A DNA stretch of 56,351 bases, counting the filler, from Trypethelium eluteriae (Eukaryota), in NCBI GenBank assembly GCA_051942245.1. It is 3 parts of 3 records of this genome, joined end to end, with 100 filler letters (N's around TTAATTAATTAA, not from the genome) between each part and the next. Parts side by side here need not be neighbours in the genome. Positions count along the whole stretch, not along the records: positions 18,877 to 37,583 come from JAVECL010000551.1; 2 more parts are not named here. One strand, 5' to 3'. Positions 23,186 to 34,234 of this stretch are shown here, piece after piece (position 1 is the first letter of the stretch; every line of letters starts with the position of its first letter). A program made the position numbers and the translations under genes. The notes beneath the pieces are model-generated. The model did not search any database. It had not been told where the DNA came from and was given only the letters and a program-made list of their open reading frames with translations.

Positions 23186-23837
23186 GATGAAGAAATTGCC
23201 TCTGAGATCTCGAGGGAGTGAAGGAAGTTAAGTTGTCAAAGCAGTAGTCCCCAGACACGGTTTATATAGACATGGAGAATACAGGTCGCACCTTCATCAT
23301 TGATCCTACCTGTACTTGAATCCGATCCAGTCCAATCATGCGATAAGAGAAAGCGAGCTCTGGCCATGCTCGCAAGACTAGCCCTATTGTGGAGAGAACA
23401 CTAGCCCAAACACGTACCAGACGTGGAGATAGTGGTCATGATCCGAAGTTGGAGTTGAGGCTGAGCCAATTCAAGGTCCAGCTTCACCCAGAAGACAGCT
23501 ACTTTCATTATCACCATTTCTCGTGGATCGACAGCACCGATGGAACGAAGCACTGGAGAGTGGTGAAGCGGCGGGTTGAGGCTGCACCGTTACGACGATC
23601 ATTTCTCCTTTTAGCCCATGCCGTTCGCTTTCATCGCTCCTTGTGCTTAGAGTACTCTAAACGTGCTTCAGTTCGCCGTGTACTCCGTACTCCGTACTTC
23701 ACCTCATCACCTGGGAATCTACATGGTTTGTATTCAGCATTCTTCCTCGTCTGAGACGCGAGTTCGGATAGGCACCTCGATTGCTACAGAATGATACCTG
23801 AGTTCTATTTGCAATTCAGATTGTCCCATCGGGGGAG

Positions 23838-25562
23838 ATGACAGCCAATGAGAATAATGTCTCCCTTGTCGCGCTCATTGTCGCCCTGCTCGCGCTTTTG
23901 ATCGCTCTAGGCCAATTACTGCAGCAGATATTTGGCACCGCCGATGGATACCGACGTTGTCAATCTTCTGTCATTAGTACCTGGGCAACCAAGACCCGAT
24001 TGAAGTGGAAGTGGTCAGAATTCCGATTCGAGACGCGATTCACCACTCCAACCATCAAATTACTGCCTATTTTAGAGCAAAATCGTTTTAACACGAAAGC
24101 CAAAGATGGTCGTGGTAGAGAATTCGTCTGTCTGACCGGTAGTCCAGACTCCAGGAAGGCGGCTTTGACTCCGGTGTTGTCTCCAGACGAGGAGTCGGAC
24201 ATCGCTGGTTGGGTTCTCTTCTTAGAACAAATCCAGACACTCCAATGGCACACCCAATCTGCAGTCTCAAACCGCGACTTACCACAAGGATTCGTTGAGG
24301 CTGGTACCAAACCACAACGGCAGAGCCCAGCGATTCTTTTCCGGGAACGCTCTTGGGATCTCATGCCTGGGGAGCTCACCAGACCTTTGGCGGGCAGCAC
24401 AGTAGGAGATCTCATATGTATCGCGCATCGATTGGGCATGCGGTGGATGGAAATAAGCCCCAGCCAGGGTATTATGCGTGCCGATGGCAATGGACACAGC
24501 CTTTGCTCAATTCAGGTACGGGGATTTGGACTAGTCGCACAATATACCAACGATCCGTCCTTCGACGAGAGAGAGCGATGGAGTGGCCTTCTCGTCCCAA
24601 CTCGAGAATCTGATAAGCTAGCTTGTGGCATCATCCCAGGCTGCAAATCTCTCATAGTCCCTGACTTACGGCTCACCAGCATTGATCGACCAATTCACCT
24701 TTCCATTGGGGGTGCCCTGGACGAACTCCGGGTTTCTGACGATGCAAAACGATGGTTAATGACTGAGGAGGCTCAATCCCAAAGGTTTCCCGCATTTGCT
24801 GACATTCCTGGAATGCTGGCTCCATTCATGCCTCTTCCAACGTCGCCTATCGTACGGATCGTACATCCACTCCGACTGAATCCTACGACACCCTGCAGCT
24901 GGAGAGAAGGACGCATCGTTCTGAGACATCGATTGCAGAAATATGTCGATGGCCTCGATACGGCCTCGAAATCTGGTCAGATCATGACTGTTCTTGAAGA
25001 TTTCAATATGCTCTTTCATAAGTGGCCCATGGAGATGAAGTTCAACATGGGCGGCGGATGGCTTGGCAGTAATAATCCTTCTTCTGAGACTGAAGCCTTT
25101 CTCGAAGATATCTCAGAGCGCTTCCAATCAGCAACTAGATTTCTTCGAAATTTGATGAGTCACTCCGATGAGAAGTCAACTGCATACACCTATCCAACCA
25201 TTTTCCGCTATCGAGACCTGGTCGCTTCTCATATATCTGTGAACTATAATGCTCCGAGTCTAGCTCGAGCAAATATTGACCATGGTCGTGCGAGAGACTG
25301 GCAAGAAACTGAACATATGACTCCGCCAATGAGCGATTGGATGCATGAAGTCTGTCATATTTATGCTGATCGAGTATCTGCTGTCGTTGAGCATATGAGG
25401 GACCGCTACTGTTCGAATGCGCAGCTCGTTATTGAGTCGTGGTGGACCATGATATTTAGGGCCATCCTTTGGGAGCTTTCAGTGGTTTATGTAGACCCGG
25501 ACACTTTTCCTCTGGTACCCTCTGAATTCTATGGCAGTCGTACGCCTGTGTACGTTGCCTGA
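23838..25562 (+). CDS. Modin-like protein (Podospora MOD-A family)
   Basis: N-terminal TM helix followed by LLQQIFGTADGYRRC..V..W....RLKWKWSEFRFETRFTTP, SWDLMP....RPLA.STVGDL...AHRLGMRW, RADGNG and a C-terminal WWTMIFRAILW. This is the pattern I recall for fungal proteins annotated as modin. Confidence 0.7.
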   Translation: MTANENNVSLVALIVALLALLIALGQLLQQIFGTADGYRRCQSSVISTWATKTRLKWKWSEFRFETRFTTPTIKLLPILEQNRFNTKAKDGRGREFVCLTGSPDSRKAALTPVLSPDEESDIAGWVLFLEQIQTLQWHTQSAVSNRDLPQGFVEAGTKPQRQSPAILFRERSWDLMPGELTRPLAGSTVGDLICIAHRLGMRWMEISPSQGIMRADGNGHSLCSIQVRGFGLVAQYTNDPSFDERERWSGLLVPTRESDKLACGIIPGCKSLIVPDLRLTSIDRPIHLSIGGALDELRVSDDAKRWLMTEEAQSQRFPAFADIPGMLAPFMPLPTSPIVRIVHPLRLNPTTPCSWREGRIVLRHRLQKYVDGLDTASKSGQIMTVLEDFNMLFHKWPMEMKFNMGGGWLGSNNPSSETEAFLEDISERFQSATRFLRNLMSHSDEKSTAYTYPTIFRYRDLVASHISVNYNAPSLARANIDHGRARDWQETEHMTPPMSDWMHEVCHIYADRVSAVVEHMRDRYCSNAQLVIESWWTMIFRAILWELSVVYVDPDTFPLVPSEFYGSRTPVYVA

Positions 25563-25945
25563 GACGTACACGCCCAGCGATGCTCGCGGTTCTCCTTGGC
25601 GACCATTGTCAATTTTCACAGGAACTGAGATCTTCGGAGTACGTTATTATGATCATCTTTGTCATAGTTAACCTAATCTTTATAGGCTTAAACCAGCTTA
25701 CTGCTACTCATGCACTGCCGAATCGGACGTCTCGGCTATAATCAACATTCCTCGCCCATTGTTGGCTTTAACTCCGCATTTTCTTTGTCTCACTTCTGTC
25801 CCGTTTCATCTACCCTTCAATTTTCAAAAACCTTGGACCACGCAAGCCATGACAACACCGCTGCCACGAACATTGGCTTTCTTCAAAGGGACGTCTCAAC
25901 TAGCGATATCCCAGCCATACGGGAAAGAAGTGCTCGTCAGAGAAG

Positions 25946-27589
25946 ATGCAGGCCCTAGCCAACACATCAAATGTTGCCTCAGCAGGTGCTTTCGGTACGG
26001 TTCGCGACGCAGGAAAAGTGAAGTCGCGCATTACCGGGCTATTGCTTGAGAGGGAGCTTTTGGCACACTTCGTACAGCAGCAATCGGGTGCAGGACAAGG
26101 GCGAGAATTTCTCGCCAAAATTGGAGAATGGTTTACCAGATCATCTATCATTCGGCTAGAAAAGAGTGGCATGAACTTCCTTGTCGAACAATGGGTTGGA
26201 TCGACCGGTGTCAACAACGAAGCCGCAGCAGACACCGAAGAAATATATGTCTCATTAGGCATATCATATTACGTTACAAGAGATTGGGAAATAGTCCGAG
26301 AGTTGAACTGCGTCGGAATTGCCGTTGATGTCTTTGACGACTTCATGACATATTTGAGCGTTCAACCTCCCGAAGATTTAGATCGATCAAAATCCAAACA
26401 GGATACGCAGCAAGAGCTAAGTAGTATATTCGAGGATCTTTTGGATGCTTCTTCTCGGCAAAATCTGACTGCGGCCATCTGCCTAACGTCTCTGGTATTG
26501 GAAAAGAATGATAATGGACTGGCTTCTCGCTTTGTCTCCCCAGCAAATGCAGTCAGGACCATAACATCGTACATCGATCAGTCAAACGAGATGTTGGGTC
26601 TGCCCATGACGGCCAGAGAAGTACCAGCCTACGCAGCAGATTGGACGCGCGACTTTGGCAGCCCTAGTGGCATCCTCAAACAGTTCTTTGACAAATCCGC
26701 ATTCCTGAAATCCAACGCCCGCCTGGATGAATTCGAGCACACTATACTGGCCATCGGAGAGTTCCCTGATATCGAATCCTCCAAAATCAGCCTCTGTCTC
26801 TTCGACCTGAAACCCTCCCGCTCCAGCATCCAAGACCGCTCCTTCGAAATCATCGACCGCTACTCCCTGCGCTTCAAGCCCGTGCTCGACCACCTCGAAA
26901 CCATCGACTCCCTCCCCTTCACCGTACTATCCCTAGAAGACGGCGCACTACACTCCCCCCGCCTCCTCGAACCCCCCAAGCACCTCGGCCGCGGCTTCCG
27001 CTTCGACAGCGCCAGCAACGCGCGCGCCATCGAGATCCCCAGCCTCAGCTCCACCGTGCACGCCATCCCCACCACCGCCCTCTCCATCCTGCTCACCCGC
27101 TGGATCAACCAGGTGCGCGCGCAAGGCCTGACGACGCAGATCCTGCACACCCTGCCGGGGATGCAGACTGTCGTCTCGTCCAACACGCCGCAGCCGACCG
27201 CCATCGCTCCGTTCGTAACCTCCTCCTCCGCCGGCGTCGATGGGCACCCCATCATCCACCACCACCAGCCAACCGACATCGTGGTCTACGAGAGCATCGT
27301 TTGCATGCCGCACTACCTGGGCTGGTCATTTGAGGAGCTGCGGCTGGCGGACTATGAGGTTGGGGTGCGCCGCGCGGATACGGTGCCGACGGCAAGGTTG
27401 CTGGAGGCGAATCATTTGGAGGGCACGGCGGCGGTGCCGTATGCGGCGTTTGAGGAGAGCTTTCGGAATCCGGTGGAGTTGCCGGGAGCGCAGGGGATTG
27501 GGGCGGTGCCGTATTATCGGCAGTATTCGTATGAGGAGTTGAGGGTGGCGGATTATGCTCAGGGGAGGAGGTGGGTGGTTGGGAGTTGA
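25946..27589 (+). CDS. Orphan protein with two C-terminal Nup98/Nup116-type GLEBS motifs
   Basis: 547-aa ORF containing YESIVCMPHYLGWSFEELRLADYEVG and GTAAVPYAAFEE...IGAVPYYRQYSYEELRVADYAQGRR. No FG/GLFG repeats. True start uncertain (another ATG at 25848). Confidence 0.7.
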   Translation: MQALANTSNVASAGAFGTVRDAGKVKSRITGLLLERELLAHFVQQQSGAGQGREFLAKIGEWFTRSSIIRLEKSGMNFLVEQWVGSTGVNNEAAADTEEIYVSLGISYYVTRDWEIVRELNCVGIAVDVFDDFMTYLSVQPPEDLDRSKSKQDTQQELSSIFEDLLDASSRQNLTAAICLTSLVLEKNDNGLASRFVSPANAVRTITSYIDQSNEMLGLPMTAREVPAYAADWTRDFGSPSGILKQFFDKSAFLKSNARLDEFEHTILAIGEFPDIESSKISLCLFDLKPSRSSIQDRSFEIIDRYSLRFKPVLDHLETIDSLPFTVLSLEDGALHSPRLLEPPKHLGRGFRFDSASNARAIEIPSLSSTVHAIPTTALSILLTRWINQVRAQGLTTQILHTLPGMQTVVSSNTPQPTAIAPFVTSSSAGVDGHPIIHHHQPTDIVVYESIVCMPHYLGWSFEELRLADYEVGVRRADTVPTARLLEANHLEGTAAVPYAAFEESFRNPVELPGAQGIGAVPYYRQYSYEELRVADYAQGRRWVVGS

Positions 27590-27841
27590 GTGGGTACTCT
27601 TGGGTTGTGTTAGTGGAAAGTGGGATACGGTAATTAAATCTTTCTTGATTTTGAGTAAGCAAAATTACGAAATATGAGAGTTCGATAGCAGAGCATGCAT
27701 TTCGTCCGAAAAACGGTGGTCAAGTCCCTGACGAAGAACTAAAAGTCGCAGGCGAGCAATGTTGATACACCAGGACGCCATTCTCTCCATTTGATATTCA
27801 ACGAGTATTTACGACGTACCGCCTGATCACTTTTCCAAACT

Positions 27842-29669
27842 TCATTCTTCATCCTCAACTACAATCTTTTTGGTAACACAATCCATCACCTTCGAATAGA
27901 ATCTCGCTGCTTGCCGTCGAGGGAAGTAAATCTCCTCTTGCAGATAGTCCTCCAGCACATCCTTGAGTTCCTTATCTCTGCTGGGATCTAGCAAAGGCTC
28001 GTAACCAAATTCGGCATCTTCGTAGGAATTCGATGGCGTCTTTGGCTCGTTCGAAGCGGCTGGGTTAGTTACGGTAAGATGAAAGTGAAGAGCTACATAT
28101 CAAGTCAGCAACTGCGTATGTAAAGAAAGGGAGAGAGGGCTGAAGGTTAAGCGGTGAATGAGTACGGGGGAAAGAATTGCAGACTTACTCCCGTTCCGTC
28201 CTGTTTGGATACAATCGTAAACATCCTCTCCCTCCTCCCTCTTCACGCCGCGGATAATCAATCCCGTCAGATCGCTATAAAGATCTTCCTTCAACTGCCT
28301 GAGCTGGGCTTCCTTTGCTGCTTCGGTGTTCGCCGCCGTTACCGTTCTTGAAGCCACGATATTATTCTTCGCTACGCTAGCCGTAGCCTTCTTCTCCTTT
28401 TCTTTCTCTTTTTCTGTAGCAGCTTCGACGGAAGCTGTGCGAGTAGCAGCAACCTTCGCCGTCAGTGCACGTTTCTCATTTTCAGCTTGCTCAAGAGACT
28501 GCTTGAGAGATTTGTTTTCAGTCTCAAATTTCTTGCTTTGTTGGGAGAGATTGGCGGCTTTGGTTTCACACGCGGCTACTTCAGCACTTTGACTGTCGAA
28601 ACGTCTTTGGAGGTCAGCCAGGTCTTTCTTTAAGGAGGCGATGAGTTCATTCGAGTCTATCGTCAATTAGTAAATCGCGTGAGCTCAGTTAAACGAGAAT
28701 TTTGCACAGCTTACGCTTCGCACGCTCATCACTAGCCTTCTTCAGCTTCTCGAAATTGCTCTCCGCTGTTCGTCCACCAATCTCCTGCAAGTTCCGGTAT
28801 TTGATCTCCAAGCTTTCTAGCTTTTTGGTCGCGTCTCCAAGCTTTCTTCTTAAAGCCGGATCCGTGCTTCTTCCCTCTCGATCCGATGCACTGGCCGAGC
28901 GTAAGCGCTCTGGACGGCGCTGCCGTGACTCTGATCGCGCTCGAGAGATTGGTGCCGGCTTGACGGCTGGTGGAGGCGGCGGTGGCTCGACCACAGACTC
29001 CTCTTCGTCTGCTGTCATTATTGTGGGTTCGGTGTCCATGGCATCAGGTTGAGTTTCTGGAATGACATGTTGGCGCTCTTTCGAAGGTGCGCGTTTGCTA
29101 GTTGCTGGCTGACTCTTCTTAGCAGGTATTTTAGGAGCAGCACGCGTTTGCTTCTTTGTCTCGAGTTTCTGAGCAGATCGATCTTCTTCTTGTTCCTGGT
29201 CCTCATAATACTGATCCTGCTTCTTCCGAGATTTTTTGACAGGTTCGCGCTCACGAGTCTGTTCCACGGGTTTGGACTTCTTTTTGTTTGCCACTATTGG
29301 CGCCGGCGGCTCCTCTTCGTCGACTTCCATAGACTCGTCGAATTCCTCAACTTCTTCAACTTCGCTCTCGTACCTTGCATTTGTCTTGTCTGAAAGAGCT
29401 TTGCGATTCGTGTTGGCTTTCTTCGGCGCGGCCTTCTTAGCTCCTCCTCCACTCGTTCTTCGCGCCGGAGCCTTCGCCTTGGTAACTTTACTTGGATTGG
29501 CCGCTACTTTTCGCGAGCTTTGGGCAACTTTCTTCTTTGGAGGTGCGCGATTCTCGACAGCGGAATCTGGCGTCAGCATCAGGTCGTTGTCGCTTTCGGT
29601 GAGGTTGTCGACTGAAGCATCCAGCATCCCAGAGAGAGAGGCATGAGGAGCGTGGTAGGCTTTGGCCAT
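27842..29669 (-). CDS. CSM1: Monopolin complex subunit Csm1/Pcs1 (2 introns)
   Basis: Disordered N-terminus and a coiled coil, then LKEDLYSDLTGLIIRGVKR....VYDCIQTGRNG|.LHFHL...YEPLLD..RD..L...L.DYLQEEIYFP..QAARFYSKV; stop at 27842-27844. Confidence 0.88.
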
Positions 29670-30134
29670 GATAGCGATGTCGCAGGATCGTCGCCACGAA
29701 TTGCACACACTGGAAGATTCGGTTGCACGCAGTTGGATCAAAATTTCGCCGGTAGTACGAATGGTCGCAATGAGGTGGGGATTGTTTACTCGACTGTTTT
29801 TGGCATTCGGAGACGCGACGCGCCAAAGATGTTTCGGGTTAGCGTTGGTCTTGCATCCCCTCCACCGAATCCGGACACTCTTAAGTGCCCCTCGACTCCA
29901 CGAAAAAGGAATCAGTTGGCACTTTGGAAGGATAAGACTGCCTTCAGAATTTCACAAAACGCCTTGATCAAGTTCATCTTCTCGCACATGGGTTTGGAAT
30001 TACAAGTATCATTTATCCGCGATTCTAGTCATGACTATGTCCCTTGTGGGGGTATCAAACGCCATCGCTATGCATCAATTACCCTCCTAAAGCCAGTCCA
30101 GCCCAACCCCATGCGGAGACATGACGGTCCTATC

Positions 30135-31079
30135 TCATGGCTCAATTAGATCCGGTACGGCCGGCCCCACACCTCTTAATAGCACGATCGTATTCCCACT
30201 CTGGCATACGTCTCCCACCTTCTCCCCAAACTCCAACAGGCGTCCTGCCTCCACTTGAAAAACTCTCAGTCGCTCCTCTTCTCCTTCAACCCGGTTATTC
30301 ACATTCTGCACCTGCAGCGCCTTCGCCGCCACATCCAATACCCGCCCGACACTCCACGCTTTATCATAAAAGAACGCCCCACTCGGATGTTTCGCGATTG
30401 TCGTATCCGCACTCGCCTCCACATGGAGGTACACCCTCTTGTCCATTGGCACCTTCCCATCTCCCTTCGCCGTTTTCTTTAGGTCATTCAGCGCCTTGAA
30501 CTGCGCCGCCGCATTTGTCTTAGCTGACGACTGCGGCACCTTCGGCATGCTGGCCCCTAACGACTTCTGCTTCGCCGCTCCCCACGCACGCAACTTCCCT
30601 AACGCCGCAATGCCTTTCTCCCGCTGAGACTGACCCGGCCGTGCGCCGATAGGAACGAGATTTGCGCAGTCGTGGTCTTCGCGCATACGGTGTTTGAGAC
30701 AGTAGTGGCGGTTGCAGTTGGGGCAGTGAACGCCTTGCGTGAGGGGCGTGTTGATGAGGGTCTTGCAGCTCGGGCTCGAGCATTGCTGTTCGTGGTTGAG
30801 GATCGTGGGCTTCGGGGTGGAGGAGCTGGAAGTGGAGGATTGCTGCGCATCTCGTTTTCGGCGCGCCCATTCTCCGGCGTGCGGACAGGAGTGCGCGGAT
30901 TCGGTACGGTGGTCAAGGCAGAACTTGCCTCTGCAGGATTCGCAGCGGAAAGGGAGGAAGTCGAGTTGGCGACAGAAGGGCATCTCACAGTGTGCGCCGA
31001 TAGAATCCACGTCGGCGGCGGCCATTTTGGTGAAAGATTGCTCCTCTGTTGAGGGTTCTGTTGTATTTGCAGGGGCCAT
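30135..31079 (-). CDS. CUZ1: AN1-type zinc finger protein (Cuz1/ZFAND1-like)
   Basis: Two AN1 fingers (IGAHCEMPFCRQLDFLPFRCESCRGKFCLDHR..AHSC and CPNCNRHYCLKHR..EDHDC), AKGD motif, and a C-terminal ubiquitin-like region WSVGRVLDVAA. Confidence 0.88.
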   Translation of the reverse strand: MAPANTTEPSTEEQSFTKMAAADVDSIGAHCEMPFCRQLDFLPFRCESCRGKFCLDHRTESAHSCPHAGEWARRKRDAQQSSTSSSSTPKPTILNHEQQCSSPSCKTLINTPLTQGVHCPNCNRHYCLKHRMREDHDCANLVPIGARPGQSQREKGIAALGKLRAWGAAKQKSLGASMPKVPQSSAKTNAAAQFKALNDLKKTAKGDGKVPMDKRVYLHVEASADTTIAKHPSGAFFYDKAWSVGRVLDVAAKALQVQNVNNRVEGEEERLRVFQVEAGRLLEFGEKVGDVCQSGNTIVLLRGVGPAVPDLIEP

Positions 31080-31880
31080 ACTGAGAGAATCTTTGCTCTT
31101 TTTATTTAATGACAGTTTGAGAAGCTTAGAAATGCTGGTGACGCGGAGGCCAGCTGCCTGTGCACGCTCACATTGTTGCGGCGGCAAAGAAGCGTCGAGA
31201 AGATGAGTGATGTCGGCCTTGGCGATGCCGATGCTTTGGGACACATCATCTTTCGATCACGTCCGTCAGATGATTCTCTTCAGCGCGAAACATTTGATAC
31301 CGTCACCATGACTTCTACGGATTGAAAGGCGAATTGAATATGAGAGTCTTGGGTATTATGCTACGAGCTGTCTCCGTAATGAAGTGTTACGTCGCATTCC
31401 GCAGAACGGGCTGATGCCAGCTTCTCTTGATGAAGTCTGTAGAGAATAGATCGGGCTGACAGAGGCCGCCTGAACACCATGATATATGAGATGGAAGGTA
31501 CCTTGTTTCTCAGGCCATCTGTGTCAAATTCGGACGCTTTTTCCTCCGCCGGATGGTTCGATCTCACGTCTTTGGCCGAAAGCGTCAGGCGGCAGGTAAG
31601 AATTGTGTAGATGACGTTCTTCAAGTCTAGCTCTGGTAGCTTGGAAAACTGAGGACTAGCGAGAAAAGCCCTTCACGAAATCCAGATGATGAAGCTGAAT
31701 CTGAAAATTGGTCATGGGTTCACAATACATTCCCGAAGCATTTATACTTTCGTACATTTAAAGTGCCATTAAAGACGGAAGCCGCTCTGAACTTACCATA
31801 TACCTAGGACGTTGGATCCAGTCGGTCGGTAATAGATCGGCAGACGTCACTCTAGAATGAGGAGAAACAACAAAACGGCT

Positions 31881-31909
31881 CAGATCTGCGGGGCTCCAGA
31901 TCTGCGGGG
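31881..31909 (+). promoter_or_regulatory. Tandem CreA/Mig1-type sites in a 13-bp direct repeat
   Basis: CAGATCTGCGGGG at 31881-31893 and 31897-31909, each containing SYGGRG (GCGGGG), about 170 bp upstream of the sugar transporter ATG. Confidence 0.5.
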
Positions 31910-32074
31910 GAGACGATTGGTGCTAATCTAGTAGTATCGGAGTGTGGCTTCTGTAAGATGCCTGTAGATGATTGCTTTTATTTCATCTTTCGTTTTCCTA
32001 TCTTTCTTTCTCACCCTTATCACATCGACTCGAGACACCACCTTGTCATCAGGTTTGTCCGTTCTCGTGTGAAA

Positions 32075-33758
32075 ATGGGAAAAAGAATACCCAATTTCTT
32101 TAATCTGCTTGTTGTTATCTATGTCGCCCTGGGGTCCACGGCATGCAGCTATGGCATGGCTGTCATTGGATCGACGGTTGGACAGCCGACTTTCTATACA
32201 TCCTTAAAGATGGCCCCCCCTGGCGACCCCGGATACTCACATACTGCGAATCTGCTGTCTGCGTACAACGGAGTCAATGCTGCGGGTAGTATATTTGGTG
32301 CTGCATTCACGTCTTGGTTTGTGATACACTTTCGAAGTATGCTATGCATGACAGAGGAGAACTGACACTCCTTTAGGTTCGCACAATGGGCAGGTCGAAA
32401 ACGCAACATCCAATGGGGTGCCGTTATCGTCATAGTAGGAGGTGCACTGTGCGCTGGCTCAGTCGATGTAGCCATGTTCATTGTATCCAGATTCATCGCA
32501 GGATTTGGCATTGGGATGCTCATCACCGCCATTCCCATGTACCAATCAGAAGTCTCGACTCCTGAGTCTCGAGGATTCATGACTTGCATGCACGGCATAA
32601 TGTTTGCTGTTGGCTATTCGTTGTCCGCTTGGATTGGTTTTGCCTGCTATTTCTCTTCACAGAAAAGCTCATTCGGTTGGAGATTTCCGATCGCGTTCCA
32701 ATGTGCCCCGGCCTTGCTGCTCCTGGCTGGCTCCCCTATACTGCCCTTCAGTCCCAGATGGTTACTCCAACAAGATCGCCCGGAAGAGGCATATGCTGTC
32801 CTTCGGAGATTGCACGTGTCAAAAGAAGATCCAGATGGTAAAGAAGCGAGTAGAGAATTTTATCAGATGCGGAAGCAACTTGAGCTGGATCGTCGCATCA
32901 AGGAGAAAACTGGCGCATTCGATGTTTTCATGACTCCTGCTAATCGTAAGCGTGCACTTTGTGCCTTTATGCTTATGTTCGGCTTCGAATTTACTGGTAT
33001 TCTGGTCATAACGAACTATGGCGTCCTTCTGTATGAGCAACTTGGTCTGTCCGGGTATATGCCTCTTCTCCTCAGTGCAATCTATGTGACCATCACATTC
33101 CCCGGCAACGTCTTTACAGCGCTTTACGTTGATAAAATCGGTCGTCGAAAAATCATTCTCGTCGGTCTTGCAGGTTGCATAATCTGCAATATCTTTGAAT
33201 GCGCATTACAAGCTAATTTTCTGGGTAACAAAAAGAAGTCGGGTCTCGATGCCGCAGTCTTTTTCATCTTCTTCTTTGTCGTCTTCTGGAGTAGTTGTCT
33301 CGATGCAACACAATATCTCTATGTTTCTGAGATATTCCCGACACATATCAGAAGTCAGGGTTCGGCCGTTGGACTGATCGGGCTCTACTGCGGCTCGATC
33401 GTCGTACTTGTTGCAGGTCCGATTGCGTAAGTTGTGACCCGACATTTCCTGTAATTTCATGGAGACGCAATGTATTAACAATAATAGGCTCGACGCGATA
33501 AGTTGGAAATTCTTCATCGTGCTCATTATTCCACCGGCTTGCCTCTGGATCTTCTTTTTCCTTTTTTATCCAGAGACTCGTCAACGTTCGCTCGAAGACA
33601 TTGCCGAGGCCTTCGGTGATAAAGTCGCAGTCCACTACTTCAATGCAACAGAAGAGGAAGAGGCACAATATGCTGCAGAAGCAGCCATGCAGAAGCACGG
33701 ATTGACAACGGAACATTTGGAAGACGTTCCATCAAGCCCGAATGAAAAGGGAATATAA
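32075..33758 (+). CDS. MFS sugar porter family transporter (2 introns)
   Basis: GRKR loop, SRFIAGFGIG, PMYQSEVSTPESRG, WRFPIAFQ, PFSPRWL, VDKIGRR, YVSEIFPTHIRSQG and YPETRQRSLEDI. Confidence 0.93.
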
Positions 33759-34234
33759 TGGAAGAATGACACTTGCCCCTAGGTTCATTTGGTAAGCTGC
33801 AGAAACCTGTTTGAAGAAATTATTCTGTTGGTCTGGGCCTGGAAACCCTGTATTATTGCAAGACATTAGATCTTTGGTACACTCTACCGGGTGTTGTCTC
33901 TTATGGCTAAGTAGCTCATTTATACTCTGTACTCTGTACCTGATTGAGTGGTAGAGGGCGTAGCCTCTTAGAAGTACGATCCATAGTCTCAAGCGATTGG
34001 AGGATAGTTATAAGCCATTAAATGACATTGGCGTCGTATTCCCATATGCTAATGCTAGTGGTCGGGATTGGTGGGGATCTCACTTTCACTCTAAGGTGGT
34101 AATCCGTGCATCGAGGTAGCGTCGGTCTCCAGTTGCCGTAGCGACAGCCATATCAACTTGCACCTGAAGCTCAACCACCGCCACCATCTCGAATTGTTTC
34201 TCAGGTCTCACTCGTTCAACCCTCATTTTATAAT

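Noticed and set aside
19357..27589. Possible secondary-metabolite cluster around the multicopper oxidase
   Set aside because: No PKS, NRPS, terpene synthase, pathway transcription factor or tailoring enzymes nearby.
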